The translations under genes and the position numbers were made by a program. A DNA stretch of 64,000 nucleotides from Amphiscolops sp. MND2022 (Eukaryota): assembly GCA_964187785.1 (NCBI GenBank), contig OZ076409.1:6264001-6328000 (forward strand), in the 5' to 3' direction. Position 1 is the stretch's first letter. Every line of letters starts with the position of its first letter. Of the stretch, positions 1-13,597 are shown in pieces. The notes beneath the pieces are model-generated. The model did not search any database. It was not told where the DNA came from and saw nothing but the letters and a program-made list of their open reading frames with translations.

Positions 1-141
1 CCGAAAACTAATCTTACACAAATGTTCCGAATGACGTCTGACTATTGTTTGCCTTGCTTTTATAGCATCTTGATATATATTCAATTTTAGCCCGTATTTT
101 GTATTCCGTATGAAAAAGGTGTCACTCAACGGTTTAATTAA

Positions 142-908
142 CCTCGTCAGTGCACCGAGAAGTCTAAAAATTGACAAAAAAAACTGGCAACATTTTTTAA
201 TGCTTAATTTCTCTACGAATAATAGTCACAGCTCAAATCGGTTTTCTGCTCCTGAAAACCCTTTACCTAAGCTTTCAGATGCACACTAATAAGGTCGCGA
301 GTTGGCGCCACTTGTTGGGGTGAGAGCGCCACCCCGGCTGCGCCTGGCCTTTCGAATATTGGTTGAACTCATAACTGAAGCTTCATTGAAAAAACTCCTA
401 TATGCGTTTTCAGTGGTGGCAAACTGTGTTACTAGAGTGGGACAGTAACTTAGCAAACGGTTGATCAGTTATTGAAAAAACGGTATTTCTGAAATTTACT
501 TTTTTTTGCAATTTTTCACTTTTTTCAGTTACTTTTTTGCCAGTGGCTCGGAAAAGAATCTATATTGACACAAATAACAATTCACACCAGATTCTACGTA
601 GTTCCGTCCTCTGTCTCAGAGGCTGAAGAGCGACACGCCGCCAACAAGCAATCGTAGAGTCATCTATCAGTGCCATAGTTCACGAGGGAGGGCTGTCATA
701 ACTCTGACAATCCCTCGGGTGCTCCTCGCAAAACCAAGTAATAATTTTTGACGATCAATAAAGTTTGAGATTCACACCAGATAGTCCAATAGATTGTCGA
801 TAAGAAATACAATTTTTTGGTTTCCTCTATGCTTTTTGCGTGTCGTAATTTATTATTGATTGCGAAAAAAATCGCTGTCCTCATTTGAGGACGAAATCAC
901 TGTCGAGG
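142..908. mobile_element. piggyBac-type non-autonomous element (short TIRs)
   Basis: TTAA|CCTCGTCAGTG at left and CACTGTCGAGG|TTAT at right (1 mismatch in the TIR, degenerate right TTAA). Confidence 0.5.
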
Positions 909-1256
909 TTATTCCGTAAATAGAAACTTGAATCACTTCAAACTTTGACATTAAAGCTTCCAGCGAATCAACGAGAATATAGGGTTCTCCGGTTGTGCTA
1001 TTTTGCTGATAGCTTCGTAATTAGGTAATCCCGAGTTCTGAATCATTGTTAGACTGATTAACTTCGTGTTTCCCCGAACATTACGACGCCAACCGGGAAA
1101 AACTGACCGCAACAAATCTGTTGTAGTGTTATGTGGATTCTCCAACTGCATCATAATACATGTGTTTTCAAGAATGGAGAACAGTGGAATGAGACACTTT
1201 CCTGGATTCTTGCACTAATACCTGTGCGATAACTTGTGAAGAATCGCTTTGGAGTA

Positions 1257-1662
1257 GGCTCTGCAGAAATTCACGTTGAAGGACCATCAAAATCGACGCT
1301 CTCGTGTCACGCTAATTCCGCTCCAACTTCACGCATTTTTCTGTCCAAAATAAAATTTCTTTGGCATTCATATACAAAAAGAACTGTTTCTTCTGAGTTT
1401 TAAAATCTGTATTTTCGCGCTCAGTTGTTAGAGTTTTCATTGGGTGCAAAAATTTTACTGTTTCGTTGTTAATTAGGAAACGACAAAAATAGATTCTCCT
1501 GTTGAAATTGATGTTTTTGCATTTTTTATTCAATTCCACGCCATATTAACCCAATTTTCGAGGAAAACGGAGTTAATTCACGCTTTTATCTTCGGTGACA
1601 CGCTGAAATTTGTTGGAGCAATAATTCACATGATTTCACGCCGCGTGAAATTCTGCGGAGCC
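1257..1662. mobile_element. MITE with ~20-bp TIRs
   Basis: TA|GGCTCTGCAGAAATTCACG ... CGTGAAATTCTGCGGAGCC|TA; internal TTCACG repeats. Confidence 0.7.
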
Positions 1663-2529
1663 TATGATAAACTTATTCCCTCTATAAAAACGTAAATCAC
1701 CTCAAACTTTGATTTTGAATCTTTGTTAGACCTACTCTGTGTTTCCCTGAAGTGTTCATGGCCATTCCACCTATCAAAACATTCACGTTCTTCAAGTTTT
1801 GGTACTGAGTGATTTAGTTTTTGCTTGATTTCGAATTCACAGGATTAGGCCAACGTCAGCGCCAAACAAATCAGCAATGTTTACATTCTGAATGTGAACT
1901 GAAACTTCTTCTGAAACACACGGTTTATATTGTTGCGTAATTAAGTCGCCGCTTTGAAGTTGAATCATAAAACTACCACCCTCCCACGTTTAATGCAACC
2001 TAATTTCGCGTAGCAGGAAATTGAGTTGTAGTCTTGTGACACCGTCTAGAGTTAAACATTGGGAACTTACAAGCAGAAGATCTTCAATATGAAGTAATCA
2101 GCAAATTTTCAGAAGGCTTTCTTTGCCTTTTTTTTGTTCACAATGGAAAAAACATTATTTCCTACTAAAATTTGTACAAAAAGTGCATTTCTATTTCAAG
2201 AGGCAGTGTGTACAAAATAAGTGAATTAAAACGTAATTGAAGGGTAAGGGTAAAAGGGGGTGATTTTGTACTCGAATGTTTCAGAAGGACTGAAAAAGAT
2301 GGTTCTTTTCTTGTTTCCCCACCACCAATTTTTTATTGGAAAATCAGTGAAAATATTAGTACAAAAAGACTTGAAACCCAACCAAAAACTTGAAACCCAA
2401 CAAAAAAAGCCAGATACAAACTTTGTTCACGCTAGTTTTCCTTATGAAGTCACGCATTCTTGTTGAAAACTCAACAACTTCCTGTTTTGAATCATAAAAA
2501 AAACAATTTCTAGTCTGCGCATTTTAACA

Positions 2530-2901
2530 AAATGAGCCCGACTATTACACTGGCAGTCAGATAACAAAATATATGCGTTGTGGACACTTTTTACGGAACT
2601 ACTGAACTATTGGAACGGCCAGCGGCAACTCATCTAAGTTACTGCAAAGGGTCTTCCCTTTCATGCACTCAATTTTTAACGTAAAATACAAAAACGGACT
2701 ACAGGGTCCCCCCTTTGAATTTTTTTCGGCACTCTGTGACTTTTTTTCGAATTTTTTTTGTTGCTAAAGGGTCCCCCTTCAATTTTTTCGATATTTTGCA
2801 ACAGACTGGATTTTCAAAAAGCCTCACTTTTTTTCGATTTTAAAAACTGCGCTCTTTTGAGCCTTAGATATAGCGCCGACTTTAGACGTTCCCGTCTTGT
2901 T
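2530..2901 (+). mobile_element. DINE-1/Helentron-associated (HINE-like) non-autonomous element, family A, partial
   Basis: Ends GCGCCGACTTTAGACGTTCCCGTCTTGTT (subTIR + GACG-ttcc-CGTC hairpin + TTGTT); GGGTCCCCC core repeats shared with other copies in the window. Confidence 0.6.
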
Positions 2902-3917
2902 CAACCTAATCACAGTCAAAATGTGTGAAAAATGTTTTGTTCAAACAAAAGCCGTGCTAACTGAGGTTAATTTCCTGTTATGGAAAAATTTGCTTTTAAT
3001 TGAGCCAAAGTCTGAGGCTTTTTGGATGTTTTCTCGGTAAACTTTTAATGGTGGGGGGGATGGTTGCAAAAAAAAGAGCCAAAAAACATTATACGTGTCA
3101 TGCTTGTAGAATGAATGAATGATTTTTAAATAAGTACATGCATAGTAAGAGATTAACTATATGTGTCATGCCTGTAGGATGATCGCTCGTACAGTATATT
3201 CATCGTTCGGCACTTTTTATATTAGACGCACTTTTTAATTACTGAAAAAGGCCGATTCCACAAATATCTTGATTAATTTTTATTGCCTTATCGTATTTCA
3301 AACTATTTCTTTGATTATTTGAATTCTCCTCACTTGGTATGAGGTCGGGTATCCTTGGTATAAAGAAGCCATTTCTGTAAATCCTTGTTCTTACAAATAC
3401 CGCCTTACTTTGTAATCTTATTCGAATCAGTTTAAATGGAGTGTTTAATGAAAATCTAACCACCGGAATCATATCTGAATAATAATTACAATTCTTGACA
3501 GTGAAAGTCTGGTAACTAAGAGTGGTTTATAGAATTAATCAAGATTTCAGTAGATTCTTTGAGACTTCTAGGGTCTCAATTCTAACATTTAAATACTTTC
3601 TAAAGACTTTGGACCTAAATTCTCTAGACATCAAATTTATTGGACGTCCAATAAAATTGAATTTCAACCCTAGATCGTAAATTAACAATTTGCTCCAGAC
3701 CCTATTTGTTTCATCTCACTATGGCATGCATTTTGGCTCTTTTCTGTTACCCTCCACCGTCAATTTTCTCGTAGAAAATTAGTGAAAATGCTATAGTAAA
3801 AAAATAAAAAACCGCACCAAAAATCTTTAATTATAAATTTAAAGGTGGCAGTTTAGGATTCAAATACAAATTTTGTCTATGTATAAATACACTTTTTCCC
3901 TATGAAGTCACTCATTA

Positions 3918-4074
3918 CACTCAACTCCGTTTATAACGATATTCTGGTTATAGCGATAGTTCCACGGTCCCGTCCACGATGCTAGTATATAACGATTTTC
4001 GCCTATAACGATATTCGGATATAACGATTAAAAAAACGCTGGTCCCGGGCAATCGTTATAAGCGGAGTTGAGTG
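3918..4074. mobile_element. Tc1/mariner-type MITE (157 bp)
   Basis: TA|CACTCAACTCCGTTTATAACGAT ... ATCGTTATAAGCGGAGTTGAGTG|TA; internal TATAACGAT repeats. Confidence 0.8.
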
Positions 4075-4823
4075 TATTTAAATCAACATCTTCAGTTTTT
4101 GAGTCACAAAAAACGAGTTAACTTTCCAGGGTCGAATTATTTAGGATCAAAAATTGCAACTGACATTTTTTGGGTCGAATTAATTAGGATCGAACTTACA
4201 GGTTACTATAGCAATGGTATAATATCAATGAAATTTTCACCTCTTTCGATCCTAGATGAAATCAAGTCACAATTCGATCCTAGATAACTTTGCATATTTT
4301 TCAATCCTTAATAATTCGACTCTGCACAACAATCCCCAAAAAACGGGTTAATTCGAACACAGTCACCGCCAAAATGTGTGAAAAATGTTCAAACCAAAAA
4401 CTCTACCAACAGAAAATAACTTCCTCTTTTGGCAGAAAATTTCGCATCTATTTGGCCCATTTTAAATGTTTTACAAATTTTCCTCAAAAATTTTGATGTT
4501 GGGGGAACAAAAAAGAACCTTTATTTAAAAAATTTTTGCCGAATTTTGTAAATTGTATTACGCAAATAGTTGGCTAATATTCCATGGTCTGAATAAAACG
4601 GCCCGTAAAGTTCTATTCGTCAATCAACTGTTCAGCATCAAAGTCAAAACCCATGTGAACAAAGTCAAACAAGATGGAAAAAATCAAAATTTTGGGGAAA
4701 GAAGTTTGTGAGCTCGAATTAATGAGTCATCAACAGAGTCAATTTCAATTTTTTTGTTGATTCATACTTGGTTCGAAGATTTACTGCTTTGCCAGGTGAA
4801 GTTCGCAATTGACGCGTTACACT

Positions 4824-7800
4824 ATGTCATTCTGCAACCGGTTTTCGTTCATGTTTAGATTCTTATTCTGTGCAGTTATGCTGATGGTTTTCGTGATCAT
4901 CTGTATTGTTCACTCTCTCCGGGCTGAAGATAGCACGGAAGACGCTTATCCCAAGTTCTTCCACAGTTACGCGAAACCCCTGTTAGTCCCTAGGCCTCCT
5001 GGGTCCGAAAACTCTGCCAAAATTGTCAAGTTCTTGGACGATACTTTGTCTTCTATGGGCTATGACGTTCACCGACAATCTTTCGTGGTAAGTAAAAATT
5101 TCTGGCTACGGTTATTGAACATTTTCGGCTCTTTTCTGGTCCCCCACTACCAAATACTTTTGGAAAGTTTGTGAAAATTTTATTTGAAAAGACTTGAAGA
5201 CAAACCAGAAACCTTCAATTTTAATTCATTTCCACAGTGTGACAATTTGGAATTGAGATATAAGATTTGTTCACACTATTTTTGCGTATGAAGTCACTCA
5301 ATTTTGATAAGAAAATTACCTGCTTCCAGTTTTGAGTCACAAAAAACAGTGAATACGATCAAAATTATAGTCAAAATGTGTGAAAAATGTTTTGTTCAAA
5401 CAAAAAACTTCCAATGGACATCAAGTTCCTGTTATGAAAGAAGGTTTTACTTTTAATTAGGCTAGTCTGAATTTTTGAAGGAAATTTACTTTCAAAAATT
5501 TTTGGGAAACAATAGAGCCACATTTTTATCTTTCTATTTTTTATCTGTCAATTTTTGCTCATGAAAAAACGACGCTAGAGGAGATAGAATTGGACGATGA
5601 AATTTAGCGAATTTAAGGTTCTTTTCAGTTCCCCTCCTCCACCAATTTTTTTAAATGAGCGAAAATATTAGCATAAAAAGACTTTAAAAAAACAAGACAC
5701 CCGCTAAGCACCGAAATATTTTCCGTCTTCTCCTTCAACTGAGCCATAGCTATTTTTGGGGGGATGATTCAATGTTAAGATCTAAAATTTAGTGATTTTA
5801 GAGCTTATTCCCTTTAGATATTATTCCCTACCTTAAATTTTAGATCTTATTCCATTTAGATTTTATTCCCATTTTCGACTAAATATTATTCCCCCCTCGA
5901 GCTGTTTTAGTTACTTGACTATTTTGGTTACTAGTAGCTAAAGTATTCCAGTAACTATAGGTGAGGTCGATGAAACTGGGAGATTTGGCAGAATGTGGAG
6001 AAAAACGCAACACATATTATGATTTTCCTCCCCCGTTATATGTGGGCGGAAAATAGTAAAATCAGAATACTTTTGTATGAAATTTATTCTCAAGGTGACA
6101 GTTTACGATCCAAACTTTGTTCACACTATTTTTCCTTGGAACGGAAGAAGGTTTCACTTTCACTTCAACTGTAAAAACCTTTTAAAAGTTCACTTCAAGA
6201 ATTTTGATGGTGGGAAAAACAGAAGCGCTAAGAACTTCTCATCAACAAATATGTAAGTAAGTTAATTTATTTGGATGGAATGATAGAGAGATACAAAATA
6301 ATGATGCATAGCATACAAAGAATTATCAATCTAAAACATCCAAAAAGGATAAGGAATGAGCATGCATGCTCTTCGAGTCCTTGCCTCGAGAACCAATTAT
6401 GACGTATTGAATAGTTTTTACTTTGATGCTTAGAAAAAAATTGAGTAGTGGTGTTTATCAACATTATATAAATCAGTGAGATTTTTTGTATATTTTCGCA
6501 GTTGAACTTTACTGAAAGACTCAATATTTTCCGGGAGTAAGTCCATCCGTTTCCGCCAATTGAATGCTCCTCACAAAGTGTTTCCAATGATTTCTTCTTC
6601 ACTACAGTTCTGCAAAAGGTTGAACAAAAGAGTCCTTTTTGGCTCTAGTGGGTTGTCGGCTTGTTCTTTTCTGCAATTTTCTCATGGAAAAACTTTTGTG
6701 GTGTCTCATTTCATAGTTGTTTGAACAACTCCTTGACAATCTCTTACATGTAAAGTTCAACAAGCCGGGAACTGCAGAAGTCGGCGCCATATCTAAGGCT
6801 CAAAAATAGCAAAAGGACATGAAAGTGTCAAAAAACTCAAAGTATCAAACAAACTGAAAATTATCAAACTCACGAAAAACCCTAACAACGGAGCGGACGC
6901 GCCATGTGCCCGCTAACTCGGGCCCCTGGCGCGCTAAAAGGGATCCTTCTGCATTTTTTAGCATCCATTGTTGCAAAACATCAAAAATTTGAAGGGTGAA
7001 AAAATTGGTGAAAAAAATTGCGAAACAGTCACAATGCCAAAGAAACTGAAAGGGAGCATTTAGTCTCTCCCGGTATGATATGTTACGCGGAAAAAGAGGA
7101 AAAACCTTTTTGGTTCAGTTCGCTAGGCCAGATGAGTCAATTTGGGACCATAAAATTGTGTAGAACTTTTAGGAACTATTTTGGTCAGTTCGTGTGGGTT
7201 GAAAAAAGTTACTATAATAGTCGCGTTTCATTTCTTGAAGCGCCGACTAAAAACTGTCACCACTTTGTTCTCTAATAACAAGTTTGCAATGGATTCAAAT
7301 TCCTTTTTTTTTTTAAAAAAATAGCTCGGATAATTCTTCGCTGTGCGTTTTCAATTTTTTTTTCAAATTCGTTTTAACTGCTGAGCCATGCACTAAGATT
7401 CCGTAGGAAATGATAGACCTGGCAAATGAATTATCGAACATTTTCTAGGATACAAGTCTCTGATACGGTAAAGTAAAACAAAAAATTTATTGGGTTTCTT
7501 CACAACGTAATTTATGCGTTCCCTGAACCTGAGACATCCATATATGAAGAAATTGGTGACGAAATTTATCAGAGGCGCATATCTTCCAAAAGAACGTCTT
7601 GGGTAAAAAAAGAACCTGTAGTTTTTGTTACTTTGGGTAACTAGCAATTTCGGGTGATTTTCAGGACCGCGACCCAACCAAAACAGAATACAACTTCACA
7701 AATGTCTGGACCGAAACGAACTCCAAACTGCCCAAACTAGTTTTCGCGTGTCACCACGACTCAAAGGTCATTCCCCAAGGGTCACAAAAGGGCAGAAGTG

Positions 7801-10658
7801 AGTTTGTTGGGGCCATTGACTCTTCAATACCCTGTGCCATCCTGCTGCAACTAGCCCAAGTAGTTTCCTCGGCTTCGGGAAACGAGTGCGGGGGAATCGC
7901 CGAGACGAAGAAGCAGTTCAGCTTCGTGTTTCTCTTCTTCGACGGCGAGGAAGCCTTCTACGAGTGGACAGACACAGATTCGCTTTACGGTTCCAGGTCA
8001 GTTCAATAAACTTGATATGCTAAGCACTAGTCTTTACTCCAACTTGAGTTCAAGGTTCAACTTCAAGGTTGTTAATTGTTTTTTTTCACGAAAAATGTTT
8101 TGAACAGGTTTTTAGTAGTCGGAAAAAATTTCTACTACTTATTTGTTTTCTTTTTTTTTCCTTTTGGGAAAACTACCGTGGAAAACAATGTGTTATGCAC
8201 AACGCTTTTTCATTTGTTGTCAAATAGTACAAAGGAATATGAAGCGTGAAAGTCTTTCAATTCATTAAATTTTTCCAATTATCTTTTACATGAGATTTTT
8301 TGATGATCTGAAAAAGATAAAAAGTGCCAAACAAATTGAACAGTCAGAAACTAGACCATACTGAAGAGTCTGAAAAAACAGGAAAAAACTTTTAAAAAAT
8401 GTTTAATTTGTTTTTTTTTGTGCTTTATTCATGGATAAAACACCTGAACAACCTTGAGTTTCTTTTTCATTTTCCGCCCACATATAATGGGGGAAGAAAA
8501 TCATAATCTGTGTTGCGTTTTTTCTTCCAAATTCTGCCAAATTTCCACGATTTCCATGCACTACTTGACTATTTTAGTTGATAGCCAAGTAACTAAACTA
8601 GCTATAGCTGAGCACCGTGGCCATATATGGCTCAGTTGAAGCGGAAAATATCCCGGTGCTCAGCGGGCGTCTTGTTAAGCTTCAACTCTGTAGTTACTCC
8701 TTGAAGTTCGCCATTTTTCGACATTGTACGACTTGATTGAACTTTTTTGGACCAATTAGTCCCTCCCGAGACGAGAGATTGTGTCAGGCCAGTTTCGAAC
8801 TTTTTTTAAACTAAAAAAACGATTTGCCGTTTTCTAATGTAACTCAAATAACGAAGAAAATTGCAGTGTATCCGATTTATGGACATTAAATCAGGTATTG
8901 TCAAAAGAAACCGGTAAAAATGCTGATCTTTATTTTGTCATTTTGTAAGATTATTCCGTTACGTTTTGTTTATTTATAATTGAGGTTTGAAAAATTTAGA
9001 TTTTCCGAAAGGCCTCTTGTGAAAAATCATTTTCAAGCCTAATGGTTCCTCTTTGGGTTTTTTCCGGCTCTGTGCTTTTTTTGGAAAAACTTCCATTTCA
9101 TTAAATGGTTCTCCTTTGGTTCTTCCATGTTTCTGGTGATAAAACAAGACAAAAACTTTGACTTTTTGTATTTCTGGTGATGAAACAATCCATTTTGGAC
9201 CCGAAGAGCCCCATTTCAGTTTTTTCGGTACTCTGAGACTGAGAGTTTTTCCGAAAAAGATTCCTTTACGCTTTGAAGTACTTTTGCTGTTGAGGTTTAG
9301 GCGGGTCCCTGGCTTGTTAGCAGTAACTTTCAGCTGGTATCGTAGAATCCAATTTTAACCTTAACTGGACCAATGTGCTATTATATATGGCACAGTGCGA
9401 AAGTTAACGATTACGTCATTTCTGTTTCATGTTCCAATGCAATAGGCATCTATGCATCAAAAAAGGCTCAAACTGTTTTCAAGACTCCCACTATGCCTGA
9501 AAACAGCTATTAAATGCTCATTTCTTCATTCTGCTTATCAAATCGAAAGTTGATCATATTTTGCAATTCATTTTCGAGTCTATTTTTTTTCAATTTCGAC
9601 CAGAGTAGACCAGCGTCCCGAATATGGCACATCTGTAGAAAATGAACTAATGAAAAAATAATCAATAAATGTTAAGGAGTAATGTTTTTTGATATGTTTC
9701 AGTGCCATATATCTTGAAAAACTGAAAAAAGAAGCACCATTTTTTGTTTGGCCCAGTTAAGGTTAAAAGTGTCAGCAAGGTTGTTAAGGTGTATTATTCA
9801 TGAATGAAACAGGAAAACAATATGAACAAAACAATAAAAAACACTTGTTTTTTTCAGACACTTCTTTTCAGTTGTTTATAGTCTAGTTTCTGGCTGTTCA
9901 ATTTATTTGGTACTTTTTGTTCACAGATCAAAACGCTTCGTGTGAATAATATCTGGAAAAATTAAATGAAGTGAATAACTTTCATGCTTTATATTCTTTT
10001 ATAATTTTTTTACAATGAAATATTTGGCAACAAATGAAAAACCGTTGTGCATAACACATTGTTTTCCACGGTAGTTTTCCCAAGAAAAAAATAAAATACA
10101 AAAAACAGTATGATTCATTGAAAAACCCGCCTAAAACATTTTTCGTGAAAAAACTGTATAATTAACAACCTTGAGTATCAGCCAATTGTACATCATTTCA
10201 GATACTTCGCGTCACATATCGACAAAACCCAGCCTGGCTTCATTCGCAAAATCAAAATGTTCACACTTCTGGACCTGCTGGGTGCGCAAAGTCCGACTTT
10301 CAGACAGACGGCCGATTCCGGAAGCGACGAGTGTTACCGACGTCTGATGGGAATAGAGATGGACTTGCGAGAAAATAACCAGCCCAAAAATGCTCCGTGC
10401 TACGATAATAAGTTCGAGTTCAATGCTGGGGATAAGAAGTATTTCACAAGCTATTTGATGGGCACCGTTAGTGACGACCATTTGCCCTTTCTCAAACAGA
10501 AGGTGCCAGTGTTGCACCTGATTCCAGTGCCTTTTCCCAAAGTGTGGCATACCATGCAAGACAACGAACAGTCGCTACATCATCCGACAATTGAAAATAT
10601 TTTATCAATTTTAATACAATTCATAAATAATGGTCTTTTATCCTGTGTCAATAATTAG
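4824..10658 (+). CDS. QPCT: Glutaminyl-peptide cyclotransferase (QPCT/QPCTL family, M28-like Zn fold); join(4824..5087,7665..7996,10202..10658), ~350 aa
   Basis: Exons join in frame across GT-AG introns (GTG|gtaagt; tttcag|GAC; AG|gtcagt; tttcag|A). Motifs: N-terminal hydrophobic signal/anchor, PRPPGS, LVFACHHDSK, FVGAIDSSIPCA, FFDGEEAF..W...DSLYGSR, LLDLLG, DDHLPF, VPVLHLI..PFP.VWHT..DNE. Zn ligands D/E/H retained. AATAAA at ~10738. Confidence 0.93.
5691..6060 (-). mobile_element. DINE-1/HINE-like element, family B (intron 1 of QPCT)
   Basis: AACAAGACACCCGCTAAGCACCG...CAACTGAGCCATA and TATATGTGGGCGGAAAA are reverse complements of segments at 8470-8676. Confidence 0.55.
6759..7253 (-). mobile_element. 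HINE-like element family A
   Basis: AACAAGCCGGGAAC..GTCGGCGCCATATCTAAGGCTCAAAA ... GCGCCGACTAAAAA; subterminal inverted GTCGGCGC/GCGCCGAC; highly similar to 11113-11572. Confidence 0.7.
8063..8458. mobile_element. ~400-bp MITE, copy 1
   Basis: TIR CAAGGTTGTT...AACAACCTTG; core GGGAAAACTACCGTGGAAAACAATGTGTTATGCACAACG is inverted at ~10043-10081. Confidence 0.65.
8470..8676 (+). mobile_element. DINE-1/HINE-like element, family B (intron 2 of QPCT), inverted relative to 5691-6060
   Basis: TTTTCCGCCCACATATAA...TATGGCTCAGTTG...CGGTGCTCAGCGGGCGTCTTGTT. Confidence 0.55.
9359..9762. mobile_element. piggyBac-type MITE
   Basis: TTAA|CCTTAACTGG ... CCAGTTAAGG|TTAA with TTAA target duplication. Confidence 0.8.
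9776..10174. mobile_element. ~400-bp MITE, copy 2 (inverted relative to 8063-8458)
   Basis: CAAGGTTGTTAA...TTAACAACCTTGAG; internal sequence is the reverse complement of copy 1. Confidence 0.65.
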
Positions 10659-11112
10659 TTGTAAATTGCCGAATTGTTTTACATCAAATCTATTCACAAA
10701 TGAAGGTTTACAAATTTATATACAAATGATTGGTTGTAATAAAACTCAGATGGTTTGTTTTGATTACAAAGATTAAGTGATAGGGGACCAATTTTTGAAA
10801 TGCAGAAGTGCATTTGTTCAGTTCATCGGCCTGCTAGCTGTTGGATTTTTAGATTTTGGCGATCTTATGAAAATCCATGGTTTCCTACGCCAACGCTCGC
10901 TCGCTTTTCAAGTCGGTTGTTTTCACTTTTTCTGGGATGCGGCAACTCAGTGAGAAAGCTGAAAACGATGTTTGGAACCCACACTTTTGGAACCCCACAC
11001 ATTTCTAGATCAAATTGTTTTAGCCATTAATAAGTGCTCTCAATTGAGTTTCAGCTCACTTCCGGTTTTATTCAGCTCACTTTCGGCAAAATTGTATGTT
11101 AGCGTGAACGAA

Positions 11113-11572
11113 AACAAGCCGGGAACGGCATAAGTCGGCGCCATATCTGAGGCTCAAAAATAGCAAAAGAACATCAAAGTGTAAAAAAAACTCAAAAGTC
11201 AAAATAACAAAGAGTATCAAACTCACGAAAAACCCAAACGACGGAGCTGGCGCGCTTAAAGGGGGATCCTTTTGCATTTTTTAACATCCATTGTTGCAAA
11301 ACAAAAAAAATGAAGGCTGATAAAAAATTGCCGAAAGTCTCACAATGCCGAAAAAAACTGAAAGGGGGACCCTTTAGTCTCTACCGGTATTGTATGTTAC
11401 GCGGAAAAAGAGGAAAAACCTTTTTGGTTCAGTTCGCTAGGCCAAATGAGTCAATTTGGGACCATAAAATTGTGTAGAACTTTTAACTATTTTGGTCAGT
11501 TCGTGTGGATTGAAAAAAAGAAAAAAGTCACTATAATAGTCGCGTTTCACTTCATGAAGCGCCGACTGAAAA
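11113..11572 (-). mobile_element. HINE-like element family A
   Basis: Same termini as 6759-7253; flanks rejoin to match an empty-site paralog at ~61320-61570. Confidence 0.75.
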
Positions 11573-13597
11573 TGAAGCTGTCAAATTTCTTCAGGATCGT
11601 TATCTTATATTTAAAATTCGAAATTGTTTCCACTCTAAGACTGAAATTACTCTTTACCTTGAAAAAGAAAACCGGTTTAGGTGCACCAATAGGAACGATA
11701 TAGCCAAATATAATCTTATGTTGAATTTTTTTAAAGGCGTGGGGAAAAGCAAAAAAACCGATGTTTTCTATTGCTTAGATGGCAGACATGGTGTTCGCAA
11801 AGTAGACAAGACTTCTGACCGCTTCAATCATGAATTACAAGTTGACGTATTTTCTTTGCTCGAAATTTCAGGACAGAGTCGATCTCAAGCGTGTCTGTTT
11901 TGGGGAAAAGCTTCGCCACCTGAAAGCCTGATTTAGACTTTAGTTAAAGCCGCCATTTAGGTTTTCTCCAAGACGGGTAACCACAGAGACATGAAACTTG
12001 GCACATATGTACATCAGAACATGGAGCTCAAGTCTCTAAATCAAGAGTGAAAATGAGATTTAAACTGACAGGAAAGTATTTCCCACGTGCTGAAAACATC
12101 GGCAACTGCATAACTGAAGATCATTAAACAATCACGACTTTTTCAGAAATATCTTGAATGGCACGAATGGTCAAAGAACGTGAACTTTTGTTGACTCAAA
12201 GAAAGATTCATTAATCAGAGTAGAGAATAATCGAAGCCAAGTTTTTTTAAGGGCTTGTTATTTAAGATAGGTGAAAATTAAAAGCAAATACTCCGAGGCT
12301 TTCACAACTACGTAATGATAGCAAGAACATGGCTCTGTTTTATCCTCGGATTTAGAAACTTTTTTTTGGGTGTAAATATTTTTGGAGAAAATATATTTCG
12401 TTCTAATCCGCTCGTTATATTTCGGGATTCGATGGTTAAATACCAAGCGGAACAGGCTCGTAATAGTTTGGGATTTCGTCAATTCCACTCATTAGCTATC
12501 CTCAAAATCATTCGAATGCTTTTCACAAAATATAGGTTGCTTCAACAACTTGAAAAATGCTTCAAAAAGAGCAGAAAATTGATGGAAGACTACTTCAATT
12601 GAACTAACCCAATTGATCTCTGAATCTACAAAAACGCGTTTGTGCATTAATTTTCAGGAGTCGGAAAAAATTTCGACTACTTATGCAATCGGGACTTTTT
12701 TCCGACCTTTCAAAGAAAACTTCAAATTTCTCAAAAACTGTCCATACGATTTCCATAAAATTTTGCACAGTATTATACAAAGGTGCCATCGTACCAAAGG
12801 TGCTACTGCGTGCAAAACGGCATCAAAATCATATGACTCGGATGTGAGAAACATGGCCGAAATTAGCCCAAAAAATGATCGAGAAAAAATACATTTTTGA
12901 AATTTTTTCGATTTTCTCAAAAACGGTCCATATGATTCAAACGAAATTTTCTACAGTCATTTTACACCATACTAGGGTCCTATATGTGGAGTTTCATCAA
13001 ACTCGTATGACTGGGATTCGAGCGAGTCAGAAAGAAAAAGACTCAAGCCGACTCCTTTAACGCACATGCGGCTCTGGTTTTTCTTCTCTCACGTTTCAAT
13101 TCAAATTTCTGAAACTTGTAATGTTTCGGAACTGACAAGTGATATCGTAATGAGAAAGATATACCGAACCACAAACTTCTTGGTTTTGGAAAGCTTGGAA
13201 CGTCCTATTAGAGTAGCAGGATGAAAGGAGAACCTTTGTCAGAATAATCCTTATTATGTACCAGTTGAACAAAAAATGGAACGTATGAAACATTTCGTCT
13301 TCAACAACGTAATATTTGTGAACAATATATTCAAATTCTTTCAATTTTTCTGTCAGTGGTTCAAGATAAAGTTCTTGTTACAAAATTATATCATCAACAA
13401 AATATTCGAAAGTCTAGACGTTTTCTCTGATCATTTTGATGAAAGTAAGTTCTTTCGATCTTAAGAAAAGATTCTGGGTTAAATAATTGACAAAAGTCGT
13501 TTCGAAACGTTTGTTGACAATTATTTGAAACTTTGAGGTCTCGAAAATTTTTATGCCTTCCTTTTTTGGTTGATCTAGTAGTACCAGGTGAACCATA

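Larger units (their letters stand above)
2300..6220 (+). repeat. Locally dispersed degenerate repeat around QPCT exon 1
   Basis: Blocks TATGAAGTCAC, CTTCC(A/T)GTTTTGA(G/A)TCA and CAAAATGTGTGAAAAATGTT recur at ~2440, 2915, 3900, 4370, 5290, 5370; TTTGTTCACACTATTTTT recurs at ~5267 and ~6116. Confidence 0.55.
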
